Assembly: GCF_004010195.1 (NCBI RefSeq)
Contig: NC_057750.1
Span: 19,814,117 to 19,878,116, forward strand
Length of the DNA stretch: 64,000 nt
Direction: 5' to 3'
DNA from: Chiloscyllium plagiosum
Lineage: Eukaryota
A program made the translations under genes and the position numbers. A model generated the notes under the pieces. That model searched no databases and was not told the DNA's origin. It was given only the letters and a program-made list of their open reading frames with translations. Positions 39,940-53,009 of the stretch are shown here, piece by piece (position 1 is the first letter of the stretch; each line of letters starts with the position of its first letter).

Positions 39940-42900
39940 CTTAGAACATAGAACATAGAACGGGGATCAGTACAGAACATTAGAACATGGATCAGTACAG
40001 CACAGAACAGGCCCTTCAGCCCACGATGTTGTGCCGACCATTGATCCTCATGTAAGGTAAACCTAATGTATGAACCCTCAAATTTCTGTGACCATATGCA
40101 TGTCCATCAGTTTCTTAAATATCTCCAATGATCTCGCTTCTACAACTGCTGCTGGCAACGCATTCCATGCTCTCATAACTCTCTGCGTTGTGAGAGCATG
40201 GAACCCGCCTCTGACATCCCCTCTATACTTTCCGCCAAACATCTTAAAACTATGACCCCTCGTGTTAACAATTTCTGCCATGAGAAAAAGTTTCTGGCTA
40301 TCAACTCTATCTATGCCTTTCATTATCTTGTACACCTCAATTAGGTGCCATCTCTTCCTTCTTTTTTCCAGTGAAAAAAGTCCGAGCTCAGTCAACCTCT
40401 CTTCGTAAGATAAGCCCTCCATTCTAGGCAGCATCCTGGTAAACCTCCTCTGAACTCTCTCCAAAGCATCCACATGTTTCCTATAATAGGGTGACCAGAA
40501 CTGGACACTGTATTCCAAGTGCGGTCTAACCAAAGTTTTATAGAGCTGCAACAAGATCTCACGGCTCTTAAACTCAATTCCCCTGTTAATGAAAGCCAAA
40601 ACACCATATGCTTTCTTAACAACCCTGTCTACCTGGGAGGCAATTTTAAGGGATCTATGTACCTGCACACCAAGATCCCGCTGTTCCTCCACACTACCAA
40701 GAATCATGTCTTTAATCTTGTACACATCTTTCAAGTTCGACCTTCCAAAATGCATCACTTCGCATTTATCCAGGTTGAACTCCATCTGCCACTTCTCAGC
40801 CCATCTCTGCATCCTGTCAATATCACGCTGCAGCCTACAACAGTCCTCTATACAGTCAATGACACCTCCAACCTTTGGTAGAATATTTTCCTTCCACTAC
40901 CACTCGCTGTCTTCTGTCGACCAGCCAATTCTGTATCCAGACAGCTAGATTTTGCTGTGTCCCGTTCCTCCTGACCTTCTGAACGTGCCTACCATCGGGA
41001 AACTTATCAAATGCCTTGCTGAAGTCCACATACACCACATCCACCACTCGACCCTCATCAACTTGTCCAGTAACATCCTCAAAAGAACGCAATAAGATTT
41101 GTGAGGCATGACCTGCCCCTCACAAAGCTGTGCTGACTGCCTTTAATCAATCTGTGCTCTTCCAGATGGTCATACATCCTATTCCTCAGAATACTTTGTA
41201 ACACCTTGCAGACGACAGACGTGAGACTGACTGGTCTGTAATTGTCGGGAATTTCACAATTTCATTTCTTGAAGAGAGGAATTACATTTGCCTCCCTCCA
41301 GTCCTCAGGTACGAATCCGGTGGAGAGTAAGGATGCAAAGATCATCGCAAGTGGCGATGCAGTCACATTTCTCGCTTCCCAAAGCAGCCTAGGACAAATC
41401 TGGTCTGGCCCTGGCAAATTGTCAACCTTAATGTTTGTCAAAATTTTCAACATATTGGCTTCCTCAATCTACTTCTGCTCCAGCATACTTATGCACTCCT
41501 CAATGGTTTCATTTACTACAAGGTCCTTTTTTTTAGTAAAGACAGAAGCAAAAAACTCATTTAGGGCTTGCCCTACCTCCTCAGACTCTATACCAAGTTC
41601 CCAATGCTATCCCTGATTGGCCCTACTCTTTGTTCGATCATTCTCTATGATCCCGTTGTTCCTCCACACGACCAAAATCCTGTCATTTAATCCTGTACAC
41701 ATCTTTCAAGTTCGACCTTCCAAAATGCATCACTTCGCATTTATCCAGATTGAACTCCATCTGCCACTTCTCAGCCCATCTCTGCATCCTGTCAATGTCA
41801 CGCTGCAGCCTACAACAATCCTCTATACTGTCAACGACACCTCCAACCTTTGTGTCGTCTGTAAACTTACTAACCCATCTTCAATCTCTTCATCCAAGTC
41901 ATTACAAAAATTACAAGGAGTCGAGGTCCAAGAACATAGCCCTGTGGAACACTACTCACCACTGACTTCCCAGGCAGAATATTTTCCTTCCACTACCACT
42001 CGCTGTCTTTTGTCGACAAGCCAATTCTGTATCCAGTCAGCTAGATTTCGCTGTATCCCATTCCTCCTGACCCTCTGAACGAGCCTACCATGCGGAAACC
42101 TATCAAGTGCCTTGCTGAAGTCAATATACACCACATCCTCTGCTCGACTATCATCAACCTGTCGAGTAACATCCTCAAAGAACGTAATAAGACGTGTGAG
42201 GCATGACCTGCCCCTCACAAAGCCATGATGACTGCATTTAATCAAACCATGCTCTTCCAGATGGTCAGAAATCCTATCCCTCAGAATCCTTTCTAATATC
42301 TTGCAGACGACATACGTGAGACTGACTGGTCTGTAATTGTTGGGGATTTCCCAATTTCCTTTCTTGAAGAGAGGAATTACATTTGCCTCCCTCCAGTCCA
42401 CAGGTATGACTCCGGTGGAGAGCGAGGATGCAAAGAACTGCGCAAGTGGTGAAGCAATCACATTTCTCACTTTCCAAAGCAGCCTAGGACAAATCTGGTC
42501 TGGCCCTGGTGACTTGTCAACCTTAATGTTTGTCAAAACTTTCAGCACATCAGCTTCCTCAATCTCTATCCTTTCCAGCATGCTTACCCGCTCCTCAATG
42601 CTTTCATTCACGACAAGTTTCTTTTCTTTAGTAAAGACAGAAGCAAAAGCTCATTTAGGGCTTCCCCTACCTCCTCAGACTCTATACCAAGTTCCCAATG
42701 CTATCCCTGATCGGCCCTACTATTTCTTTGATCATTCTCTTATTCCTCAGATACGTGTAAAATGTCTTTGGATTCTCCCCAATCCTTCCTGCCAAGCCTT
42801 TTTCGTGCCCCCTCCTGGCTCTCTTCAGACCATTTTGAGCTCCTTCCATGCCTGCCTGTAATCCTCTAAAGTTGAGCAAGACCCTTGCTTCCTCCACCTT

Positions 42901-44295
42901 ACATAAGCTGCCTTCTTTCTTTTGACGAGAATCTCCTCTGCTCTCATCATCCAAGGTTCCTTTATCTTACCCCTTCTTGCCTGTCTCAGAGGAACACATT
43001 TATGCATCACTCGCAACAACTGTTCCTTAAACAGTCTCCACATGTCTACAGTGCCCTTTCCATTGAGCAATTGCTCCCATTTCATGCTTCCAACTCACCT
43101 CTGATAATATCATAGTTTCCTTTTCCCCAATTAAATGTCCTCCCATTGTGCCTGCTTCTCTCCTTCTCCATAGCTATGTAGAATGTGAGGCAGTTGTGCT
43201 CACTATCACAAAAATGCCCTCCCACTGCAAGGTCTGACACCTGCCCTGGCTCATTGCCGAGCACCAAATCCAAAATGGCCTCTCCCCTCGTCGGCCTATC
43301 AACGTAATGAGTTAGGAAACCCAACTGAACACACCTTACAAAAACAGCACCTTCCAAACCATCTGCTCGAAGGAGGTTCCAATCAATATTGGGAAAGTTA
43401 AAGTCACCCATTACAACAACCCTACTACATTCACACTTTTCCAAAATCTGCTGACCTATGCTTTCTTCAATCTCCCTGCTACTATTGTGTGGCCTATAGT
43501 AAACCCCATAATGAGGTGACTGCTCCCTTACTTTTCCTAATTTCCACCCATACTGACTCAGTAGGCAGACTGTCCTCGACAATGGTAATTTCTGTAGCTC
43601 TCTGATTAGCAGTGCTACACCCCCTCCTCTTTTCCCCCCTCCCTATTCTTTTTAAATGTTCTAAACCGTGGAACATCCAGCAACCATTCCTGCCCCTGAA
43701 AAACCCACGTCTCTGTTATGGCAACAACAACATATCACCTGGTACTGATACATGCTCTAAGCTCATCACTTTTACTTCTGATACTCCTTGCGTTAAAACA
43801 AACACACTTTAACCTATCCCTTGTTTTTTTTTTCCCAGGAAATTCCTTCCCACTGGCTGCGCTACCTCTTGCTATTGCCTCATCTCCATCAACTCAAACC
43901 ACTTACTTTCCTTCCCGGCAGCCCCTCTGGTCCGCGTTACTTCTGCAGCTGCTCCTGCTCCTTCTGTGGAGGGAATACACCTCTGGCCACCACCTGTAAG
44001 TAATTTTTAAAAATCTCCCTTACCTTAGCTGTAGCCTTCCTGATTCGCCTTACTTCCGCTGCTGCTCCCACTCAAAAAGGTCACTGGCGTTGAAGGGTAA
44101 GTACTTATACTCACTCCTTTCCTTCCCGGCAGTCCCTCTGGTCCCCGTCACTCCCGCAGCTGCTCCTGCTCCTTCTGTGGAGGGAAAACACCTCTGGCCA
44201 CTACCGGTAAGTAATTTTTAAAAATCTCCTTTACCTTAACTGTAACCTTCCTGCTTCGCCTCTACCTCTGCTGCTGCTCCCACTCATAAAAGTCC
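39940..44295 (-). mobile_element. Tandem CR1 copies B (3' end to RT, ~39940-41640) and C (RT to endonuclease, ~41640-43893), then CR1 5' UTR with two ~210-bp repeats
   Basis: ORFs 40078-40812, 41952-42611 and 43082-43582; 43903-44078 is repeated at ~44116-44292. Confidence 0.88.
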
Positions 44296-44717
44296 TTTTC
44301 TCCTGCTAACACTTTCATGCTAGGAAATTCCTAGTATTGGCCAATTTAATTGGTTTCCCTGTCCTCATTGAAGTCATCACCCGATGTCTTTTCCCTATCT
44401 CTCCCTGCAAGATTATGGTTGAAGAAATATGCTTAGCTGAATGGGGTGTTATTTCCAAATGTCTGACCTTCATGGTCATAGAAAATATAGGGCACAGTTC
44501 TCCAATACATGGTTGAAGCTCTGACCTATGTTCCCCGAAGGCAGGTCTTTGATCAAATATAATTTCTACTGCAACGCCAATTCATAAACTACTCCTTTAG
44601 ATAAATCTTTTACACAAATCTTCACCACAGGAATTTTATATTCATCAATATGGAATGATTCACAAACACAGTTACATGATGTACAGAGATTAAAGTAATA
44701 CATTAATAAACATATCT

Positions 44718-45092
44718 AGGTTTATAAAATCAGGATGGCATGGTTTGGGTAAATAGACAAGGTCTTTACTCTGAGATGGAGGAGTCCAGAACTACAGGGC
44801 AAAAGATTAAGGTGAGAGAAGAAAGATTTAAAAGGGACCTAAGGGGCAAACTTTTCACACAGAGGATGGTTGCACGTAAGGAATGAGCTGCCAGAGGAAG
44901 TGGTGGAAGCTGGTACAAATGCAATATTTAAAAGGCATCTGGATGGGCATATGAATAGGAAGGGTTTGGAGAGATATGGGCCAAATGCTGGCAAATGAGA
45001 CTAGATTAAATTAGAATATCTGATTGGCACAGACGAGTTGGACCGAAGGGTCTGTTTCCATGCTGTCTCTCTCCATGACTCTATGACCCTAT
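44718..45092 (+). mobile_element. CR1 3' fragment
   Basis: GGAATGAGCTGCCAGAGGAAGTGGTGG..CTATGAC tail. Confidence 0.85.
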
Positions 45093-45108
45093 AAGTATCA
45101 AGATTTGT

Positions 45109-45398
45109 TGTGGTTCTATTCACCGAACTGGGATTTTGTGTTGCAGACGTTTCGTCCCCTGTCTAGGTGACATCCTCAATGCTTGGGAGTCTCCTGTGAA
45201 ACGCTTCTGTGATCTTTCCTCCGCCATTTGTAGCTACAAATGGTGGAGGGAAGATCACAGAAGCGCTTCACAGGAGGCTCCCAAGCACTGAGGATGTCAC
45301 CTAGACAGGGGACGAAACGTCTGCAACACAAATTCCCAGCTCGGCAAACAGATCCACAACAACGAGCACCCGAGGTACAAATCTTCTCACAAACTTTG
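45109..45398. mobile_element. Inverted pair of Penelope family B termini
   Basis: Same terminus as the GIY-YIG-encoding copy at 10400-10503; 12-bp TSD ATCAAGATTTGT at 45097-45108 and 45399-45410. Confidence 0.85.
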
Positions 45399-45479
45399 AT
45401 CAAGATTTGTGTATGTGTATTCGTGTGCAAATGTACAAAGGCTTACATAAAACATCTTGAGTTTCTTTGACGACACTTT

Positions 45480-46960
45480 TTTTTTATATATTTACCTTTT
45501 GCTCTTAATCTATTGGTAAGACATTTTTTGTTGATCTTACCTGTTAATAATTTCTCGATGTTCCCTTGGCCTTTTGGAAAATTTTAAAATATGCAACTTC
45601 ATCCACTGAGATTTCCTACTGAGCTTTGTATATATTTAGGATTTTTTGTCATGGTCAGAACCTTTCTTTTACTGCTCTATCCCGTCTTGTATGCTTGGGA
45701 ACACCTCTGGGGCTCTCGATCTGGAAGTATAATGATTTATTTTGTTGGGCCATGACTCCAGAATCTCACTTTTGAAATCTTACCACTGATTTGTCAGTTT
45801 GTTTTTGAAGTATCCATATTCAGTTCAACTTTGCCAGATAATCTCTCAGATCCATAAGATTTGTCAAAACCAAACAATGAAATTTTACCCTTGTTGTCTT
45901 TGAGTTGTGAAACATTTACGCTAAATGTAAATGTACTAATGTAACTTGCTCAAAAATGGTCCATCTCTGCCAATTCATTCACGAGCTCAGTTTCATTTTA
46001 GATTAAATCGAGAATTGCTGTCCCCCTCATTGTGCTATTGTGTGCTAAAGAGGTTGATTAAACATGATTAAGCATTTTGTGCTTTCTCTGCCTTCCACTC
46101 TGTTCATATCCCAGTCAATATTTGAGAGATGAAATCACCAACTATTCCTACTGTATTGTTTTAATCTTCAGAAATGTCTGATATCCTGCTCTTCTATTTT
46201 CCTCAGAGGATTTGGTCATCAGCAGTAAACTATGAGCAGTGTGGCAGTCACCTTTTTAAACTCCTCAGTTGAATATTTGCTACCTGTTTGTTGATCCATT
46301 GAGTATATCAGTGAAGGTCCCTGTTAACCCGAGTTGAGGTGGGGTACGCTCTGTTGAGAACAAAGGAGTTCATGTTGGATACATGGGGGTGGAAGATGAC
46401 ATCAGCAGATCAGATGAAGGCGAGGAGAATGGAATGGCCTCCTTACAGGAAGCAGGATGTGAGCAAACGTATTCAAGTTAACTGTGGGAATCGGTGGGTC
46501 TGATTGTTATTGGTGTACAGCCGATCTCCAGAACTGGAAACAAAGAGGTCAGGAAGGGAAGACTCAGAAAAGGAGCTGGAGGCCCTGAGGGAAAGATGGA
46601 GGTTGGAATCAAATTAATGTAGTTTTTTTTCCAATTCTAGAAAGAGCAGGAATAGCATCGATCACATCATCGATATGTTGGAGAATGAGTTAATCTCCCA
46701 ATTAGGATTGGACTAAGGAATATTACACATACCTCAAAGAGAGACATATATAACTCGGAGTGTTCAGGTAGCCAGAAGCACATCGTTGAATTGGAGTAAG
46801 TGAGATATGTTAAAGATAAATGTTACGATTGAGCTCAGCCTAGTGAAAGTGGGTGTTGCAGGATGGGGGCTTCTTTGAAGAAGAAGCAGAGAAACTTCAG
46901 ACCCCTCATCCTGATGACAGATGGATATGCAGAGGGATTGCACATGCACTGTGAAGAGGG
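45480..46960 (-). mobile_element. Old decayed retroelement debris (CR1-like endonuclease region, then Penelope-like RT)
   Basis: GATGAAATCACCAACTATT (reverse of V-G-D-F); ATCATCGATATG (reverse of the RT IDD motif). Highly eroded. Confidence 0.4.
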
Positions 46961-47859
46961 GGCAGGTCATGCCAAAGGGAAAAAAAATCGTAATTTCACA
47001 ATTAACTTGAAGCCCCAGAACAATGGTGAATATTGGGGCAGTTGCTTCCAATTGCTTTCCATTTCAGTAAGCCACTATGCTCCCATGTACTCACTGTCCC
47101 TACACCTGAAGCCTTTACTTCCTGCCATGACTGTTTATTTACAAAACAACTAAGCTCCAGGACAGTCCTCTTTAACAATTGCACTTATTACATCCTCAAA
47201 GAAGTTTAATAAAATTGAAAACAATGTCGACTCTGCCAAATTAACTTGAATTGATCAATGTGCCCTGCTGTATCTGGTTGAATAACATCTTCCAACAGTT
47301 TCCCTGTGACATGTTAAGCTAACTGCTTCCTGCTTACTGTCTCCTTTTTTTTAATATAAAGCTTCCTCCTGCTATCTTCCATCGCACTGGGGCGGAACCA
47401 TGAATCACCAAGGAAGAGCAACACTTTCAAGAATCGAATACTAAAGCTCTTTCCCTCGCTGGATACTAGTTTCTCATTCGTCAAATGAGTGGGCGATTTC
47501 TTTAGGAGCTGAACGATTCTGACAGGTGAATGGCCAAGTTAATGGAAGTGAGTCTAAAGTTTTTGAGACATCTTGGTTTCAAAGCCAAGATGGCGGCAGA
47601 GAATGGCGACTCTGTACACTTTTCACTTTCCTGATGTATTCCTATACTCGAATACATGTGACAATAAAATCTAATTCTAATTCCAAAATTAAGCCTCCAG
47701 GAGTCAATTCGATTAACTGAATAGCTACAGCTTTGCTTAATCTCAGATATAGAGTGTGATTTCTCAACTGGAAAGTTGCAATGACCAATGCTACATGGTG
47801 TCAGATTTTATTTGCATGAGTGCTATGGTGTACAGTCTTGTACATGTGGGTGGTGTAAT

Positions 47860-50800
47860 GTTAGGGCAGCTGGCACAGACTCTGTCCCTGTTGCTCACAA
47901 GGGAAGGGGAAGGATGGGCAGAGGGTTAGTCATTGGGTCGTCCAGTGTCAGGGGGACAGATGGGAGTTTCTGTGGTAGCGAGACAGACTCACAGTTTGTG
48001 TGTTGCCTTCCAAGTGCCAGAGTTTATGACGTCTTGGATCTTGTTTTTGGGATTCTAAAGGGGGAGGGGGAGCAGCTCCAAGTCCTTGTCCATTTCGGCA
48101 CCAACGACATCGGTAGCAAAAGGGATGGGGATGTAAAGCAGAAAATCAAGAAGCTAGCATGGAAGTTTAGAGCTGAAACAAATAAAGTTGTTAGCTCTTG
48201 TTTGTTACCCATGCCATGTGTGAGCAAGTTGAGGAATAGGGAGAGAGAGGAGATGAATACGTGAATACAGGGATGGTGCAGGAGGGAGGCATTCAAATGC
48301 CTGAATAATTGGGGTTCATTCTGGGTAGGTAGGACATCTACAAACAGGATGATCTACACCTGAACCAAAGGGGTAACAGTGTCTGGGGTGGGATGTGGTG
48401 GATATTTAATGACCTTTGGGAGGATTTAACCTAATTCAGCAGGGGGAAGGGAACCGGAATTATAGCTCTAGTGTACAGGGGGTTGAGAATAGTGAGGTCA
48501 TAAATAAGGTTTCAAGGTAGCAAGAGTGTAGCGGCAGGCAGGAATGTGTATTGAAGTGTTTCTCACTCAACAGTTGGAGCATCCACAATGAGATGAGTGA
48601 ACTTGCAGCATGGGTTAGTAAATGGGACTTCGATGTGGCCATTTTGGACACATGGATAGAGCAGGGACAGAAATGTTTGTTGCAAGTTCTGGCTTAGATG
48701 TTTCAATAAGAACAGAGAAGATGGTAAAGAGGGGGAGGTGTGACATATTTGGACAGGGACAGTATTACGGTGGCAGAAAGGACATTTGTTGAGGACTCCT
48801 CTACTGAGGTAATATAGGCTGAGGTTAGAAACAGGAAAGGATTGATCACCCTGTTGGGTGTTTTCTATAGGCCTCTGAAAGGTTCCAGAGATGCAGAGTA
48901 AAGGATTGCAAAGATGATTCTGGATACGAGTGAAAGTAATGGGGTTGTTGTTATGGAGGACTTCAACTTTCCGAATATTGTTTCAAAATGCTATCATTTG
49001 AGAATCTTAGATGGGTCAGTTTTTGTCCAATGTGTGCAGGAGGATTCCCTGACATAGTATGTAGATAGGCCAACAATAGGCGATGACATATTGTATTTGG
49101 TATTCGGTAATGAACCCGGCCAGGTGTTAAATTTGGAGGTAGGTGAGCACTTCAGTGATAGTGACCACAATTTGATTATATTTACTTTAGCGATGGAAAG
49201 GGACAGATATACATCACAGGGGAAGATTTTCAACTGGGGAAAAGGCAATTATTAGGCAAGACTTTGAATGCATATGACTGGAAAGGAAACTGAGGGGATG
49301 AGCACAACTGAAATGTGGAGCTTGTTCAAGGAACAGCTACTGCGTGTCCTTGATAAGTTTGTGCCTGTCAGGCAGGGAGGAAGTGGTCAAGCGAGGCAAC
49401 TGTGGTTTATTAAAGAAGTTCAACTTCTTGTCAAGGGAAAGAAGGGTGCTTATGCAAAGATGAGATGTGAAGGCCCAGTTCAAGCACTTCACTGTTACAA
49501 GTTAGCCAAGAAGGACCTAAAGTGAGAACGAAGAACAATCAGGAGGGGACAGGAGAAGTCTTTGGTAGCTAGGATGAAGGAAAACCCTAAAGCTTTCCAG
49601 AGGTATGTGAGGAATAAAATAATGACTAGAGTAAGACTAAGGCCTGTCAAAGGCAACGGTGGGAATTTGTGCATGGAGTCTGTAGAGGACGCGTTAGGTT
49701 AATAATTTTAGTCAGTATTCGCAGAGGAAAAAGACAATGTTTCTGCCCCAGTGACTGACTGTGTGGAGTTTGCACATTCTCCCCGTGTCTGCGTGGGTTT
49801 GCTCTGGTTTCCTCCCACAGTCCAAAAATGTGCAGGTTAGGTGAATTGGCCATGCTAATTAGATGTAGGGGACTAGGTCTGGTTGGGTTGGGCTTTGGTG
49901 GGTCGGTGTGGACTTGTTGGGCCGAAGGGCCTGTTGCCACACTGTAAGTAATCTAATTATTTTGGAAGCTGTGTAGGAGATTGCAGAGCCTTTGGCTTTG
50001 ACCTTCCTGTTTTCATTGTCAGAAATAATGCAAGAAGACTGGAAGATAGCAAACGTTGACCCCTTGTTCAATTAGGGGAGTGGAGACGACCCTGGTAATT
50101 ATACACCAGTGAGCCTTACTTTGGCTGTGGGAAAGGATTGTAGGAGATAGGCTTTATAATATTCTCGAAAGGAATAATTTGATTAGGGATAACAAACAGG
50201 GTTTTGTGAAGCATAGATTGTGCCTCACAAAACTTATTGAGCTCTTTGAGATGGTAATAAGGGATGTAGATAAGGGTAGAGTAGTTAATGTCATGTGTAT
50301 GGATTTCAGTAATTTGTTTGACAAGGTTGCTCATGGTAGGCTGTTGCAGAAAATACGGAGGCATGGGATTGACGGTGATTAAGCGATTTGGATCAGGAAT
50401 TGGCGTGCTGTAAGAAGATAGAGAGTGGTGGTTGATGTGAAATGTTCATCCTGGGGTTCAGTTGATAGTGGTGTACTACAAGGATCTGTTTTGAGGCCAC
50501 TGCTGTTTGTTATTTTTATAAATGACCTGGATGAGGGTGTAGACGGATGGATTAGTAAATCTGCGGATGACTCTAAAGTCAACTGGAGTTGTGCGCAGTG
50601 TGGAAAGATGTTGTAGATTACAGGGGGACTTAGATGACAAACGGACTTTAATGTGAACAACTGTGAGGTGATTCAGTTTGGAAGTAATAACATAAATACA
50701 GAGTACTGAGCTAATTGTAAGATTCTTGGTAGAGTGGATGAACAAAAAGATTTCGGTGTCCATATACAGAGATCCCTGAAAGTTGACACCCAGTTTGATA

Positions 50801-52210
50801 GGATTGTTAAGAAAGTTGAAACTTTATTGCTGGAACAGCACAGCAGGTCAGGCAGCATCCAGGGAACAGGAGATTCGACGTTTCGGGCACAGGCCCTTCT
50901 TCAGAAATGAGCAGAGAGTTGCCTGTTTACAGGCATCCTCCTTTGAAATTGATGCCATGTTCCTAACCTCCCTACACCCCAGGTCCTGCACCCTAAAGCT
51001 ACAGTCTGGGTTCCCATGCCCCTGCAGAGTTAGTTTAAACCCCCCCTAAGAGCACTAGCAAACCTCCCACCAAGGATACTGGTGCCCCTCAGNNNNNNNN
51101 NNNNNNNNNNNNNNNNNNNNNNNNNNNNNNNNNNNNNNNNNNNNNNNNNNNNNNNNNNNNNNNNNNNNNNNNNNNNNNNNNNNNNNNNNNNNNNNNNNNN
51201 NNNNNNNNNNNNNNNNNNNNNNNNNNNNNNNNNNNNNNNNNNNNNNNNNNNNNNNNNNNNNNNNNNNNNNNNNNNNNNNNNNNNNNNNNNNNNNNNNNNN
51301 NNNNNNNNNNNNNNNNNNNNNNNNNNNNNNNNNNNNNNNNNNNNNNNNNNNNNNNNNNNNNNNNNNNNNNNNNNNNNNNNNCAGGAGAAAGTGAGGTCTG
51401 CAGATTCAGCTCTGATCTCCAGCACCTGTTCCCTGGATGCTGCCTGACCTGCTGCGCTTTTCCAGCAACACATTTTCAGCTCTGATCTCCAGCCTCTGAC
51501 CTATCACCCTCACCTTGACCTCTTTCCACCTATCACATTTCCAACTCCCCTCCTCCAAGTCCCTCCTCCCTACCTTTTATCTTCTCCTGCTGAACACTCT
51601 CTGCTCATTCCTGAAGAAGGGCCTGTGCCCGAAACGTCGAATCTCCTGTTCCCTGGATGCTGCCTGACCTGCTGTGCTGTTCCAGCAATAAAGTTTCAAC
51701 TTTGATCTCCAGCATCTGCAGACCTCACTTTCTCCTTGTTAAGAAAGTTTCCTTGGTAGAGGGCTTGAGTCCAACACCATGAGGTCATGTTGCAGTTACA
51801 TCTGGTGTGGCCAAACTTGGAGTATTGTGTACAGTTCGGACGATGTGGAAGCTTTGGAAAGGGTGCAGAGGAGATTTACCAGAATGTTGCCTGGTTTGGA
51901 GTGAAGGACTTATGAGGAAAGAGTGAGGCTATTTTATTTAGAGAGGAGAAGATTAAGAGGTGACTTAACAGAAGCATACAAGATGATCAGAGCCTTTTTC
52001 TTTGATGGTGATGGCTAGCACGAGGGCACATAGCTCGAGTAGTAAGGGCGTGGAATGCATTGTCTACAACTGTAGTAGAATCATTAACTTTAAGGGCATT
52101 AAAATGGTCATTGGATAAATGTAGAGATGATAATGGAGTAGTGACTTCAGATCAATTTCACAGATCGACCCAACATCGAGGCCCGAAGAGCCTGTATGCA
52201 CTCCATTGTT
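47860..52210 (+). mobile_element. Long decayed CR1 LINE (ORF1 esterase to 3' end) with a nested HE1 SINE (~49750-49955) and a Penelope insertion (~50818-51735, spanning a gap)
   Basis: LVIGSSSVRGTD..VHFGTNDIG; VMEDFNFP; QGSVLRPLLF; 14-bp TSD TTGTTAAGAAAGTT around the Penelope insertion. Confidence 0.85.
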
Positions 52211-52211
52211 C

Positions 52212-53000
52212 TCTGTGTCCAAATTCAACAAGATCTGGACAATATCCAGGCTTGGGCTGACAAGTGGCCAGTAACATTCATACTACACAAATGCCAGGCT
52301 ATGACCACCATCAATAAGAGACAAACTAAGCACCATCCCCTGATATTCAGTCATGTTACCAACATTGAGTCATCACCTACCAACAGCCTGAGAGTTAGCA
52401 TAGATCAGAAACTCAACCGGACTCATCTCATAAATGCAGTGGCTGCAAGAACAGGGAAAGGGCAAGTGGAGCAAATCACGTCCTGACTCCCAAAAGCGTA
52501 TCCACCATCAAGAAAGCACTAGTCAGGTATGTAATGGAATATTTTCCACTTGCCGGATGTGTGCAGCTCCAACAGTCACAAATCTTGAAACCATCCATAC
52601 CAAAGCAGCCCCTTGACTGGCACCACATCCACAAGCAACCTCTCCCTCCACCACTGGTGACCAGTAGCAGCAGTGTGTACTATCTACAAGATGCACTGCA
52701 GAACTTAAGCCAAGATCCTCAGACAGCATCTTCCAAACCCACGAACAGTTCCACAAGAGCAGCAGATAATGAGAACATGAAGCCACTCACAAGCCTAATT
52801 TGGAAATTTATTGCTTTTCCTTGACTGTCGCTGTGTCAAAATCCTGGAATTCCCTCCTTAATGGCATTATGGGTTAATGCACAGCAGTGGGATTGAAGTG
52901 GTTCAAGAAGGCAGCTCATCAACACCTTGTCAAGGGGCAACTAGGGACAGCCAATAAATTCTGGCCAGCCAGCGATGCCCACATGCCACAAACGGAATTG
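52212..53000 (+). mobile_element. 3' fragment of the second CR1-clade family
   Basis: QQDLDNIQAWADKW; homologous to 32500-33330. Confidence 0.8.
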
Positions 53001-53009
53001 AAAAGAAAG

